Assembly (NCBI GenBank): GCA_013178015.1
Contig: JABLXR010000014.1
Location: 13,737 to 77,736, forward strand
Source of the DNA: Anaerolineae bacterium
Lineage (GTDB): Bacteria; Chloroflexota; Anaerolineae; DRVO01
Length of the DNA: 64,000 nucleotides
Direction of reading: 5' to 3'
Position 1 is the stretch's first letter. Every line of letters starts with the position of its first letter. Position numbers and translations under genes: made by a program. The notes beneath the pieces were generated by a model. It did no database searches. It saw nothing but the letters and a program-made list of their open reading frames with translations, and was not told where the DNA came from. This document shows positions 9,488 to 19,705 of this stretch, one piece after another.

Positions 9488-12037
9488 ATGCGGACCGGGG
9501 TTGTACCGCTGAGAGCGGTGGCGCGCGGCGTCGCCGAGTGTGCCCGATGCCTCGAGGCTCTGCGGGAGAAGGTGGAGGGTATACGCGGGGTGGAGGTGGC
9601 CTCTCTGGACCAGGAAGGCGACGCTCTGGTGCTCACCTACGACCCAACCCTGGCGGGACTGAGCCAGATCGAGGACGTGGTGCGCGAGGAAGGCCTGCGG
9701 CTGGACGCGCGCTATAAGCACCTGAACCTAGGTGTGGAAGGGCTTCACTGCGCTGACTGCGCCACGGCCCTGCAGCGGGCTCTGCAAGACCTACCTGGCG
9801 TCCTGTTCGCCGAGGCCAACGTGGCCTCGGCCACCCTCCGACTGGAGTACGATGCCGCCCAGGTGGACCAAAGCGAGATTGTGGCTCAGGCCAGGCGAGC
9901 TGGCTTCGAGTTGGAGCCGCCCCCTTCCGGAGCGCTGGCGCTGACGGTCTCCGGGCTCGATTGCCCCGACTGCGCCCGTGAGCTGGAGGAGGAGCTCCGC
10001 CGGATCGAGGGAGTGGAGTTCGCGGAGCTGGATTTTGCCACCGGGCGCCTGACCGTGGTGACCCATTCGGGACAGGAAGTCCTTCCTCCCATCAGGGAAG
10101 CGGTTGCGGCCGCCGGGTTCTCCCTCTCCGAGGGAGACGAGGCGGTTTCGGTTCGGGTTGGACCCGGGGACCGGCTGCGCAAGGACTGGCCAGTGGCTGC
10201 GGCCGGCTTCTTCACCCTGGCCGGCATGCTCCTGGGCCTGGCCGGGATAGGACTGGTGGCGGACATCTCCTTCCTGGTGGCCATCGTCGTGGGCGGGTTC
10301 CGGGTCGCCCGATCCGGTATCAGGGTGTTGAGGGTGTCGCGTACCCTCAGCATAGACGTGCTCATGACGGTGGCGGTGACGGGCGCAGTAGCGATCGGGG
10401 AGCTGAGCGAGGCGGCTACCGTCGTCTTCCTGTTCGCCCTCGGTGAGGCGCTCGAGGGGTACACCATGGACCGAGCCCGGAGGGCCATCAGCAGGCTGCT
10501 GGACCTCAGTCCGCGGCAGGCCAGCCGGCTGCGCGATGGTGTCCCGGAGCGGGTCGCGGTGTCGGCGTTGGTTCCTGGGGACGTGGTGCTGGTCTCGCCG
10601 GGAGAGAGCATCCCGGTGGATGGGCTGGTCGCCGCGGGCGAGAGCAGTGTGGACGAGTCCACCCTCACGGGCGAGTCGGTGCCGATGCCCAAGGCCGTCG
10701 GGGAAGCGGTGTACGCCGGGACGGTCAACGGGATGGGGGCGCTGCAGGTGCGCGCCCTCCGTCCAGCCGCGGACTCCACCGTGGCCCGGATCGTACGCCT
10801 GGTGCAGGAGGCGCAGTCGCGTCGGGCGCCCAGCCAGCGGCTGGTGGAGCGATTCGCCCGGTACTACACCCCGGCGGTGATGGTCGCGGCGGTGGCAGTG
10901 GCGGCCATTCCTCCGGCATTGGGGCTGGGACCGTTCCGGGACTGGCTCTACCGAGCTTTGGTGCTGCTGGTGATTTCCTGCCCCTGCGCTCTGGTCATCT
11001 CCACTCCGGTGGCGGTGGTGAGCGCCATCGCTCGGGCGGCGCGCCGTGGTGTCATCCTCAAAGGGGGCGTCTACCTGGAAGCTTTGGGACAGATCCGGGC
11101 CCTGGCCTTGGACAAGACGGGCACGCTCACCACCGGCCGGCCGGTGGTGAGTGAGGTGATACCGCTCAACGGGGCGTCGGAGGCGGAGGTGCTCGCCCTC
11201 GCGGCAGCTGCCGAGGAGCGGTCGGGGCATCCCCTGGCGGCGGCCATCGTACGAGAGGCGACCATGCGCGGTCTAGCCCCGGCGGCTGGAGTGGAAGTGC
11301 TACAGGAGACTCCGGGTCGCGGGGTCGAGGCGGTCATCGCCGGGCGGCGCGTGTGCGCCGGCCAGGTGGAGTTCGTCCGGGAGCGGTGCGGCGCCGGAGC
11401 CGACGGTCTAGATGGGCAGGCAGGCGGCCTGCATGACCAGGGCCGAACGGTGGTGGCCCTGGCGCTGGAGGGGCGGCCTGTGGGCCTGATTGGGCTGCAG
11501 GACTCCCCGCGGCCGGAGGCAGCGGGAGCCGTGCGTGTGCTGCGGGAGATGGGGCTTCGCCTAGTGATGTTGACCGGCGACAACGAGCGCACCGCCGCCG
11601 CCATCTCGCGCCAGCTGGGCATACAGGAGTACCGGGCGTCGTTGCGCCCGGAGGACAAGCGGGAGGCGGTGACCGAGTTGGTGGCCCGTCACGGCCACGT
11701 GGGCATGGTGGGCGAGGGGGTGAACGACGCCCCGGCGCTGGCAGCCTCCACGGTGGGGATCGCCATGGGAGCGGCCGGGTCTCACGCCACGCTGGAGACG
11801 GCGGACGTGGTGCTTATGGCCGACGATCTGGCCCGGCTGCCGGGGCTGATCCGGCTGGGCCGGAGCGCCAGGCGAACCATAGCCGTGAACGTGGGCGTGG
11901 CCCTGGCCATCAAGGCACTCTTCCTAGCGCTGGCGGTGGCGGGGGTGGCTACTCTCTGGATGGCCGTGTTCGCCGACGTGGGCGCTTCGCTGCTGGTCAT
12001 CTTCAATGGAATGCGGCTGCTGAGAGCGGAAATCTAG
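9488..12037 (+). CDS. zntA: Heavy-metal translocating P1B-type ATPase (Zn/Cd/Pb type) with three N-terminal CxxC HMA domains
   Basis: CARC, CADC and CPDC HMA motifs; TGES; transmembrane CPC; DKTGTLT; HP motif; TM Lys and AVFADVG Asp typical of P1B-2. Start uncertain (9410/9440/9488). A TGnTATAAT extended -10 lies at ~9362-9370. Confidence 0.9.
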   Translation: MRTGVVPLRAVARGVAECARCLEALREKVEGIRGVEVASLDQEGDALVLTYDPTLAGLSQIEDVVREEGLRLDARYKHLNLGVEGLHCADCATALQRALQDLPGVLFAEANVASATLRLEYDAAQVDQSEIVAQARRAGFELEPPPSGALALTVSGLDCPDCARELEEELRRIEGVEFAELDFATGRLTVVTHSGQEVLPPIREAVAAAGFSLSEGDEAVSVRVGPGDRLRKDWPVAAAGFFTLAGMLLGLAGIGLVADISFLVAIVVGGFRVARSGIRVLRVSRTLSIDVLMTVAVTGAVAIGELSEAATVVFLFALGEALEGYTMDRARRAISRLLDLSPRQASRLRDGVPERVAVSALVPGDVVLVSPGESIPVDGLVAAGESSVDESTLTGESVPMPKAVGEAVYAGTVNGMGALQVRALRPAADSTVARIVRLVQEAQSRRAPSQRLVERFARYYTPAVMVAAVAVAAIPPALGLGPFRDWLYRALVLLVISCPCALVISTPVAVVSAIARAARRGVILKGGVYLEALGQIRALALDKTGTLTTGRPVVSEVIPLNGASEAEVLALAAAAEERSGHPLAAAIVREATMRGLAPAAGVEVLQETPGRGVEAVIAGRRVCAGQVEFVRERCGAGADGLDGQAGGLHDQGRTVVALALEGRPVGLIGLQDSPRPEAAGAVRVLREMGLRLVMLTGDNERTAAAISRQLGIQEYRASLRPEDKREAVTELVARHGHVGMVGEGVNDAPALAASTVGIAMGAAGSHATLETADVVLMADDLARLPGLIRLGRSARRTIAVNVGVALAIKALFLALAVAGVATLWMAVFADVGASLLVIFNGMRLLRAEI

Positions 12038-12079
12038 GGGCGCCGGGGCGGAGCGTTCTACGCCCATTCTGTACAAAGG

Positions 12080-12118
12080 GCGATGAGCCTCGGGCCGCGA
12101 GGACCCGGGGCTCATCGC
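12080..12118. terminator. GC-rich hairpin between convergent genes (probable bidirectional terminator)
   Basis: gcgatgagcc-tcggg-cc-GCGA-gg-a-cccgg-ggctcatcgc. Confidence 0.6.
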
Positions 12119-12145
12119 TTGCTGTCCCTCCGCTCAGTCCAACTC

Positions 12146-12328
12146 TCAGCCCTCGACGATTACCTCCACTCCTTCTTCCGCCGCGAGCTGGCGGGCGAAG
12201 GCCTCCGCCTCCTCTCGGGTGTCCAGGGTCTTGGTGGCGCAGCGGGCTCCCTCGCGCTTCACTGCCCAGGTTCCATCTCGGCGCGCCGACACCACCACGT
12301 TCTTCTTCACTGCTTCCTTCTTGGCCAC
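12146..12328 (-). CDS. DUF2188 family small protein
   Basis: 60 aa; VVVSARRDGTWAVKREGA...TREEAEAFARQLA matches the DUF2188 pattern. Confidence 0.8.
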   Translation of the reverse strand: MAKKEAVKKNVVVSARRDGTWAVKREGARCATKTLDTREEAEAFARQLAAEEGVEVIVEG

Positions 12329-12434
12329 ACGTCCCTCCGACGCAGAGGTTCCTAGGGAGCGCGGCAGCTAGCCGCGTCTCTCCCTTCCTGGTGGCCATGC
12401 AAACGTTGTGCCGGCGGCCACCCGGTGGGGCAGG

Positions 12435-12764
12435 TCACCACTTCTTGAAGATGACAAACACCGCCGCCACGATGAGCAGGAAGCCCAAGATGTAGTTCCA
12501 CCGCAGGCTCTCTTTGAGGTAGAGAACGGAGAAGCCGGAGAAGATCACCAGGGTAATGGCCTCCTGCATGGTCTTGAGCTGAGCGGCGGAGAACTGGCCA
12601 TGACCGATACGGTTGGCAGGCACCTGAAAGCAGTACTCAACGAAGGCGATCATCCAACTGATAACGATCACCCGCAAGAGAGGCGCCGACTTGTACTTGA
12701 GGTGGCCGTACCAGGCCAGGGTCATGAACAGGTTGGAGACGGCCAAGAGCAGAACCGTCTTCAC
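12435..12764 (-). CDS. DMT superfamily small membrane protein (DUF486 type)
   Basis: SNLFMTLAWYGHLK, EYCFQVPANRIG, QLKTMQEAITL; GTG start. Confidence 0.9.
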   Translation of the reverse strand: MKTVLLLAVSNLFMTLAWYGHLKYKSAPLLRVIVISWMIAFVEYCFQVPANRIGHGQFSAAQLKTMQEAITLVIFSGFSVLYLKESLRWNYILGFLLIVAAVFVIFKKW

Positions 12765-13072
12765 GCGGTGCCCTCCACGCCGCTCGGCACAAGGTGGCGG
12801 CATTGCATCGAGGATGGAATGCGCACGGAGCAGAGGACCCGCGGCTGGCGCGCCCCCTAAGGCAACCGCCGCTGTCGGCTCTGTCGTCGGCGAGTAGATA
12901 GTATACGCTTCCTGGCCACATCCGCTAGAGTCGGTAGGACGCGATTACGGCTTTCTCAAAGTCGAGCCACCGTTGGGCGAGCTGCCATCTGGCGCGGGCC
13001 AGGAACCGCCACTGGCCAGCCAGCAGGCATGGAACACAGACGCTGCAGCCCCCGATAGCGCCCAGCCCGGTC

Positions 13073-13207
13073 CCGACAGTCATCTCTGGTGGCCTGCTCC
13101 AGGACCCTGTCAACGCCCTAGCCGTAGGGGCGAACCTCGTGTTCGCCCGCAGCATTCTCCGGCAGTCACCTCTGCTGGCCTGCCCCAGGACCCTGTCAAC
13201 GCCCTAG
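13073..13207. repeat. 49-bp imperfect direct repeat (13073-13121 and 13159-13207) enclosing a single GTAG-type REP (13124-13148)
   Basis: ccgacagtcatctctggtggcctgctccaggaccctgtcaacgccctag versus ccggcagtcacctctgctggcctgccccaggaccctgtcaacgccctag (4 mismatches); the spacer begins ccGTAGGGGCGAACCTCGTGTTCGCCC. Confidence 0.85.
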
Positions 13208-13404
13208 GACGCCATTTCGGAGGCGTTGTCATGGCGAAGCGGAGGGCCTATGCTTGGGGTCGGGCGCACCCGAAGGCGGTGCATATTGAGTCGCCTGAGG
13301 TATGTGTGGCCAGGCGCGTTGATGAGCGGAGACAGGGCCTCCGCCGTCGGCGTTGCCGGTGTTGGTGTCGGTGTTGGGAAAAGTCATAGTGAAGGAGATA
13401 AACC

Positions 13405-13791
13405 GTGTCAGACCCAATCGTCTTTGTGGCTGTGCACAAGGTCAAGCCGGGCAAGGTTGACGGCTTGCGAGCGATGAGCCCGGAGCTCACGGAGGCCTTC
13501 AGGGCTGGAAAGCCTCAGACTCTTGCCTACCTAACGTACCTGAGCGCGGACGGCAACGAGGTAGGCTACGTGCAGGTGTACGCCGACGCAGACGCCATGG
13601 AACGCCACATGGAGGGCCTGGAGGACAGACTGAGGCGCCTGGCCGAGTTCATGGACTTTCATCGCTACGAGATATTCGGCAGGCCTAGCGACGAGACGCT
13701 ACACAGACTAAGACAGGCTGCCGGACCGGGCGTCACCCTCACCGAGATGCCGGAGTACATCAGCGGCTATATCAGGTTGCTCTCTATCTGA
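13405..13791 (+). CDS. Hypothetical protein, dimeric alpha-beta barrel (ABM-like) fold
   Basis: GTG start with GAAGGAG SD; HKVKPGKVD...YADADAMERH pattern. Confidence 0.65.
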   Translation: MSDPIVFVAVHKVKPGKVDGLRAMSPELTEAFRAGKPQTLAYLTYLSADGNEVGYVQVYADADAMERHMEGLEDRLRRLAEFMDFHRYEIFGRPSDETLHRLRQAAGPGVTLTEMPEYISGYIRLLSI

Positions 13792-13876
13792 GCTGCGGCC
13801 GCTGCCCTGGGAGCCGGACGCACCGGGCCGTGACGAGCCTAACCCGAACTCGCCAGGCCTCGGTGCGCCGAGACCG

Positions 13877-14617
13877 TCAGGAACCCGATGACCCGTTGGC
13901 CTGGCGCCCCGCGTGCGCGTCGAGCACGTCCCGGTGCTGCTCCAGGGCGTGCCAGCCTTCTTCCGAGAGCCGGTAGAGGCCGTGGCCCAGGCGTTCGAAC
14001 CATCCGTAGTGGTTGCGATACAGGATGGACTGCGTCTTGGCCCCGCAGCCGAGTTCCCTCAGGCGGCGCGGCGTGCACTCGCCCTCGGTGGCGAGTGCCA
14101 TCGCCGTCCTGAGGACCTCCTCGCGGTAGGCGGTCATTAACTTGCGGCCGGTGCTGCCGCCTAGATTGTGGTCGCCCGACCGTCCCTGCATCTCTCCGAT
14201 GATGGCGCGACGCCGCGCCCGACTTCGCCTGCGGCTGTGAGGCAAGGGATGGCAGACGACCTCCACCGTCGCGCCCTCCGAGTCAGTGGAGACGAGCATG
14301 AGACCCAGCTCCAGTCTCCGCAGTAGGGCAAGTGTCCGTTTCCAGCGACCTCGCTGCCGTCGCCCCGAGGGACGAGGCACGGCCAGATAGACGGAGTCGG
14401 TGAGTGCCTGGCGCTGCACCGCCTGGGCCAGCAGATCTACCGAGAGGTGGCGCTTCAGTTCCACCACTACCAGGCTAGGCTCCCCCGGCGAGCCAGGTTC
14501 CTGGGCGCGGACGGCGGTGACGTCGCACCCGGCCACCTCGCCCTGGACGGTGAAACCCTGGGCCACCAGGTAGTCCCGCACCGGGGCATACAGGTCGGTC
14601 TCTCGCTTGGGTGGCAC
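13877..14617 (-). CDS. DUF2161 family protein (putative PD-(D/E)XK-type phosphodiesterase)
   Basis: RETDLYAPVRDYL..QGFTVQGEV..CDV, VELKR, QAVQRQ, MTAYRE, NHYGWFER. Confidence 0.85.
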   Translation of the reverse strand: MPPKRETDLYAPVRDYLVAQGFTVQGEVAGCDVTAVRAQEPGSPGEPSLVVVELKRHLSVDLLAQAVQRQALTDSVYLAVPRPSGRRQRGRWKRTLALLRRLELGLMLVSTDSEGATVEVVCHPLPHSRRRSRARRRAIIGEMQGRSGDHNLGGSTGRKLMTAYREEVLRTAMALATEGECTPRRLRELGCGAKTQSILYRNHYGWFERLGHGLYRLSEEGWHALEQHRDVLDAHAGRQANGSSGS

Positions 14618-14754
14618 TGCCTGCTCCCCTCTTGAGTGACGCGGGGATGGTTTTCGCCTCCTTCCCGCAGGCGGTATGATACCCGCCACCGACGACCGAG
14701 CGCACGTCGGCCCTGGGAGCCGCCCTAGGCCGCGGCTGCGTAAAGGGGGAACAC

Positions 14755-17289
14755 ATGGAGCAGGACCTCTCCCGGTTCACGGTACACCTCCTGGGCAACG
14801 CCCACATAGACCTGGTGTACCGCTGGCGGCTGAACGAGGTGATCGAGAGGGTGGCCCCAGATACCTTCACCGGTGTGCTGGCGCTGATGAAGCGGGACCC
14901 CGACTTCACTTTCGTGCAGAGCCAGATGGCCCTCTACCAAGCCATGCAAGAGCACCACCCGGAGCTGTACCGAAAGATCGAGGAGGCCGTGCAGGACGGG
15001 CGCTGGGCCGTGGTGGGGGGATGGGCCGAGTACGACCACATGCTGACCGGCGACGAGAGCATCATTCGTCACTACCTCCTCGGCACCCAGTACATGCGGG
15101 CTCAGGGGCTGGCCCAGCGCATCGTGGTGGACTGGTGCCCGGACTCTTTCTCCGGCCACGCCCACACCCTGCCTACCATCATGGCTGGGTGCGGCATCAG
15201 GTACCTCCTGATGATTAGGGCCACGCCCCAGGGCATGCCGGCGTTCATCTGGGAAGGGCCGGACGGCTCGCAGGTGCTGACTTGCCGGGCGCCTCTGGGG
15301 TATGGGATCGCCCTCTCCCCCTCCGTGCTGGACGTTCTCCCCGAATGGGAGCGGGTCACGGGGCTGACCGACGTACTCGTTCTCTACGGCATGGGCGACC
15401 ACGGAGGCGGCCCCCGCCAGGGCGACCTCGACGCTCTGGCCGACATGCAGTCGCGGCCGGGTGCGCCCCGGTTCGTCCATAGCCTGCCCGAGCCCTTCTT
15501 CCAGACATTGGGATGGCGCATGGCGGAGGCAGGGGAGCGGGACGGCCGCTCCTACGTATTCCGGGGAGAGCTTCTGGACGTCTCTCGGGGTCCGTTCACA
15601 TCGGAGGGACGCAACAAGCGGCGCATCGTGGCGTTGCAGCACGATCTCCTGACGGCGGAGCGCCTGGCGTCGTTGTCTTCGCTGCTGCAGCGCAAGCCAG
15701 TGTGTCCCCGGGTGGACTTCGACCGTATCTGGCAGGCGCTGCTGCGGCATCAGTTCCACGACGACATCCCCGGCACCTCCCGTCACCCAGTCTATCTGGA
15801 CAACGAGCGCGAGTACGAGAGCATCGGCCGGGAGATTGAGGAGATTGCTCTGACGGCCATGGGCGAGGTGGGGGCCCGGCTAGATACGCGCGGTGAAGGC
15901 CAGCCGGTGATCGTGTTCAACCCGCTGGCGTGGGAGCGCACCGGGCCCGCTCTGGCTACCCTCCGGATGGCCGAGGCTCCGGGCAGGCTGGCCGTGGTGG
16001 ACGAGAGCGGCGGCCTTCAGCCCGCCCAGGTGGTGTCTCACCATCACGAAGGCCCCTGGCACATGGTGGACGTCGCCTTCACCGCCAGGGAGGTGCCTCC
16101 GGTAGGCTATCGCCTCTACCGCGTCCTCGAGGCCGTCGCTGTTGAGCCTGAGTCGGACCTGCGAGTGGGCCAGAGCACCATCGAGAACCAGTTTCTGCGA
16201 GTCACAATGGACGAGCGGAGCGGCAACGTCAGCAGTATCTTCGACAAGCGCCGGGGCGTGGAAGTGCTATCCGGCCCCAGCAACGCCCTCCAGTTGCTGG
16301 GCGAGGACCCGAGCAAGTCCAGCGCCTGGATCATGTGGCCCACGGGGGAAACGGAGGAGCTGGACCGGGCCGACCAGGTGAGGCTGTTGGAGGCGGGGCC
16401 AGCCCGTGCCACTCTAAGCGCGTCCTCCTACTGGCGGGATTCCCACTTTGAGCGACAGGTCACCCTGTGCAGCGGCGTGCCGGTGGTGTTCTTCCGCTGC
16501 GTCTGTCACTGGTACGAGCGCGAGGCGGCGCTGAAGGTGGCCTTTCGACTGGACGCACCTGAGGCCGTGGCCACCTACGACGTGCCCTTCGGGTCCATCG
16601 AGCGCCCGACGAACGGTCAGGAGGTGCCTGCGCACCGTTGGGCGGACTTGAGCGGGCCTTCTGGAGGCGCCGCCCTGCTCAATCGCGGCTGCTTCGGCCA
16701 CGATGCCGAGAAGGGCACCTTGCGGCTGACTCTTTTGCGTGGCATCGGCGACTTGGACCCCCTGGCTGACGAGGGCGAGCACGAGATCGTGTATGCCCTG
16801 TATCCTCATGCAGGGGGCTGGCAGTCGGCGGAAGTAGTCCGGCGGGGGATGGAGTTCAACCTACCTTTCGTCTCCCGGCGGGAGATGAAGCGCTCCGGCG
16901 TGATTTCGCCCTGGGGGGCGCCGGGGCTCAAGGCGGCGCTCCCGCCGTCGCTCGGGCTGGTGGAGGTAGGGCCGGCCAACGTAGTGTTGACGGCGCTGAA
17001 GTTGGAGCAGGGCCAGTGGACCCGAGGAGCCCTCATCCTGCGTCTGTACGAGGCTCATGGCCAGGAGACCACCGCTTGCCTCCGGTTCCCGGAGCCGGTG
17101 GCCCTGGTGCAGGAGACCAATCACCTGGAGGAAAGCAAGGCGGAGGGGCGGGTGCGGTGGCAGGACAACGAGATCGCCTTGCACTTCCGTCCCCACGAGA
17201 TCCGCACCATCCGGGTTGAACTGGCCGTCTACGGGCTGGGGTTGGATACCGAGGCCTGCGGCGATGCCCGTGGGTTGGAGAACGGATAG
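14755..17289 (+). CDS. Alpha-mannosidase, glycoside hydrolase family 38
   Basis: GNAHIDLVYRW Zn motif, W..PDSFSGH, YGMGDHGGGP, QFHDDIPGTS and C-terminal GH38C region. Confidence 0.9.
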   Translation: MEQDLSRFTVHLLGNAHIDLVYRWRLNEVIERVAPDTFTGVLALMKRDPDFTFVQSQMALYQAMQEHHPELYRKIEEAVQDGRWAVVGGWAEYDHMLTGDESIIRHYLLGTQYMRAQGLAQRIVVDWCPDSFSGHAHTLPTIMAGCGIRYLLMIRATPQGMPAFIWEGPDGSQVLTCRAPLGYGIALSPSVLDVLPEWERVTGLTDVLVLYGMGDHGGGPRQGDLDALADMQSRPGAPRFVHSLPEPFFQTLGWRMAEAGERDGRSYVFRGELLDVSRGPFTSEGRNKRRIVALQHDLLTAERLASLSSLLQRKPVCPRVDFDRIWQALLRHQFHDDIPGTSRHPVYLDNEREYESIGREIEEIALTAMGEVGARLDTRGEGQPVIVFNPLAWERTGPALATLRMAEAPGRLAVVDESGGLQPAQVVSHHHEGPWHMVDVAFTAREVPPVGYRLYRVLEAVAVEPESDLRVGQSTIENQFLRVTMDERSGNVSSIFDKRRGVEVLSGPSNALQLLGEDPSKSSAWIMWPTGETEELDRADQVRLLEAGPARATLSASSYWRDSHFERQVTLCSGVPVVFFRCVCHWYEREAALKVAFRLDAPEAVATYDVPFGSIERPTNGQEVPAHRWADLSGPSGGAALLNRGCFGHDAEKGTLRLTLLRGIGDLDPLADEGEHEIVYALYPHAGGWQSAEVVRRGMEFNLPFVSRREMKRSGVISPWGAPGLKAALPPSLGLVEVGPANVVLTALKLEQGQWTRGALILRLYEAHGQETTACLRFPEPVALVQETNHLEESKAEGRVRWQDNEIALHFRPHEIRTIRVELAVYGLGLDTEACGDARGLENG

Positions 17290-17343
17290 GAGCGCGCTGG
17301 TGTCGGCCGACGCGCGCCGGAATGACGACGAAGGAGGAGGATC

Positions 17344-18528
17344 ATGGACGACCCAGCACGGGCGGTCGGCTTGCATGCCGCTGCTATCACCGTGGACCTG
17401 ACTCCGCCGGTCGGGTACTACCTGGGCGGCTACGGGGACCGAAAAGACCCTAGTAATGCCGTCCGCGACCCACTGCGCGGGCGTCTCCTTCTGCTCGACA
17501 ACGGAGAGACCCGTCTGGTCCTGGTCACGCTGGACCTGCTTAGCATCCAGTGGCAGTCCACCCAACAGATCCGGCGGGGCCTGGAGGAGCGCATCGGCGT
17601 GCCGCCGGCCCATGTGCTTGTCAACTACTCCCATACCCACGCCGGGCCAGACGTGTTGCGCTACGACGGCTACGTCTCCCAGGTAGTGGAGAAGGTGATC
17701 GGCGCCGGCCAGGAAGCGTCGTCCTTGCTCGAGCCGGTTACCATCGTCTACGACGAGGACGCCATCGAGTTCAACATCAACCGCCGTCTCAAGGGCTCCG
17801 ACGGGACGGTGCGGATGGCCCCGAATCCCGAGGGACCAGTGGACCGGCGGGTGCGGGTGCTGAGAGTGCAGAGGGAGGATGGTTCCCCCTTGGCTATCTT
17901 GTTCCACGCGGTCTGTCACGCCAATGCTCTGCGGGCCGACAACCTGGCTATCTCGGCGGACTTCCCTGGGGTGGCGCAGGACTTCCTCAGGGCAGTCTTC
18001 GGCCCGTTCTGTGTTCCCATGTTCATCCAGGGATGTACGGGCAACGTCAGGGCCAATCTCCCGGGCGAAACCGGCTTCCGCAGCGCTGACGAGGCCGACC
18101 TGCTCTGGTGCGGCTACTCGCTCGGGGCGGCCGCTGCGAGAGCCGCGGCTCGGGCCGCCACCCGGGAGAGGGTCGCGGCCGGAGTCCTGGGTGCGGCTCT
18201 TGGCGGGGTGGACCGGATTTTGCCGCTGCCCGGGCGCGAGGCGGGCATGGTGGACTACCCCGTCCAGGCGGTTCGCATCGGGAGCCTGCTGCTCATAGGC
18301 CTGCCCGGTGAACCGGTGGTGGACTATGCCCTTCGGCTGGAGCAAATGCTCGAAGGCTGGCAGCAGATAGTGGTGGCCGGCTACTGCAACGCCCGCAGCC
18401 GCTATTTGGCCACCGCCCAGCACTATGCAGAGGGCGGGTACGAGGCCCTGGCTCGCAGCTCGCCCTATGCGCCCGAGGCGGAGGAAGTGCTGCTTGCAGC
18501 CGTGACGGACCTGGTACAGACGCTCTAG
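17344..18528 (+). CDS. Neutral/alkaline ceramidase-like hydrolase
   Basis: VDLTPP..YYLGGY, DPLRGR, SHTHAGP, CHAN, SADFPG, QGCTGNV. Confidence 0.8.
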   Translation: MDDPARAVGLHAAAITVDLTPPVGYYLGGYGDRKDPSNAVRDPLRGRLLLLDNGETRLVLVTLDLLSIQWQSTQQIRRGLEERIGVPPAHVLVNYSHTHAGPDVLRYDGYVSQVVEKVIGAGQEASSLLEPVTIVYDEDAIEFNINRRLKGSDGTVRMAPNPEGPVDRRVRVLRVQREDGSPLAILFHAVCHANALRADNLAISADFPGVAQDFLRAVFGPFCVPMFIQGCTGNVRANLPGETGFRSADEADLLWCGYSLGAAAARAAARAATRERVAAGVLGAALGGVDRILPLPGREAGMVDYPVQAVRIGSLLLIGLPGEPVVDYALRLEQMLEGWQQIVVAGYCNARSRYLATAQHYAEGGYEALARSSPYAPEAEEVLLAAVTDLVQTL

Positions 18529-18540
18529 GAGACGGTGAGC

Positions 18541-19683
18541 ATGTATGACCTTGTGATCCGCGGAGGAATCGTAGTGGACCCCTCTCAGGGCCTGCACCAG
18601 CGGGCCGACGTCGCCGTAAGCGACGGGGTGGTGGAGGCAGTGGAACGGCAGGTGCGGGGCGCCGCCCGGCGCGATCTGGACGCCTCTGGCCTCATCGTCA
18701 CCCCGGGGCTGGTGGACATACACGTCCACGGGCTGCCAGGGGTGTCGCACTACGGGATTGACCTGGATCGCGCCGCCCTGGGGACCGGCGTGACCACGGC
18801 GGTGGACGCGGGCACGACCGGGCGCTGCACCTGGCCTGCCATGCGCCGCTATGTGCTGGAGCGATCCTGCCTGGACCTCTATGCGCTTCTCAACATAAGC
18901 GGAATGGGGCTGATCAGCGATTCGGTGGGCGAGGGGACGGACTTGCGCTGGCTGGACGTGGCCGCCTGCACTGCCATAGCCAACGACAATCGGGACAGGG
19001 TCCTGGGGGTGAAGGTGCGCCAGGACCTGGCCCGGGTGGGCGACAATGGACTGGAGCCGCTGCGTCGGGCCGTGGCTGCTGCTGAGTGGCTAGATCTGCC
19101 GGTGATGGTACACGTGGGCAGGCTACCCGCCCCACTGGCGGAGTTGCTTGCCCTCCTCCGGCCCGGAGACATTGTCACTCACGCCTTCCACGGGTGGCCG
19201 GGGGGAATCCTGGGCCAGGACGGCCGCGTGCTGCCTGAGGCGCGGGCGGCGGCGGACCGAGGTATCGTCTTCGACGTGGGCCACGGCGCCGGCAGCTTCT
19301 CCTTCCCGGTGATAGAGGCCAGCCTGGAGCAGGGCTTCCTGCCGGGGACTATCAGCAGCGACCTGCACGTCTACAACGTGCACGGGCCCGTGTACGACCT
19401 ACCCACGGTGATGGCCAAGTTCCTGTGGCTGGGGCTGTCTCTGGAGGAGGTGGTAGGACGGGTGACGGTGGAGGCGGCCCGGGCCGTGCGGCTGGACACG
19501 GTAGCGGGGTCGCTGGCGCCCGGGCGGCGGGCCGATGTGACCCTGTTGCAGGAGATCGAGGGGCGCTTCCGCTTCGACGACTGCTTTGGCAACAAGCGGG
19601 TGGCGGAGCGGACGCTGGTGCCGCGCCGAGTGGTTCTGGGGGGAGAGGTCCTGCCGGCGGCCACAGCTGCGCCCTGGAGGTAG
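18541..19683 (+). CDS. Amidohydrolase/deacetylase family metallohydrolase (dihydroorotase-like)
   Basis: PGLVDIHVH, VDAGTTG, GVKVR, VMVHVG, THAFHG, DVGHGAGSF, ISSDLH. Confidence 0.85.
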   Translation: MYDLVIRGGIVVDPSQGLHQRADVAVSDGVVEAVERQVRGAARRDLDASGLIVTPGLVDIHVHGLPGVSHYGIDLDRAALGTGVTTAVDAGTTGRCTWPAMRRYVLERSCLDLYALLNISGMGLISDSVGEGTDLRWLDVAACTAIANDNRDRVLGVKVRQDLARVGDNGLEPLRRAVAAAEWLDLPVMVHVGRLPAPLAELLALLRPGDIVTHAFHGWPGGILGQDGRVLPEARAAADRGIVFDVGHGAGSFSFPVIEASLEQGFLPGTISSDLHVYNVHGPVYDLPTVMAKFLWLGLSLEEVVGRVTVEAARAVRLDTVAGSLAPGRRADVTLLQEIEGRFRFDDCFGNKRVAERTLVPRRVVLGGEVLPAATAAPWR

Positions 19684-19705
19684 GCGCGCCCTCCGGCGCC
19701 GACGG

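Noticed and set aside
13073-13207. Mini CRISPR array
   Set aside because: Only two 49-bp units, the spacer is a REP, and no cas genes or leader are present.
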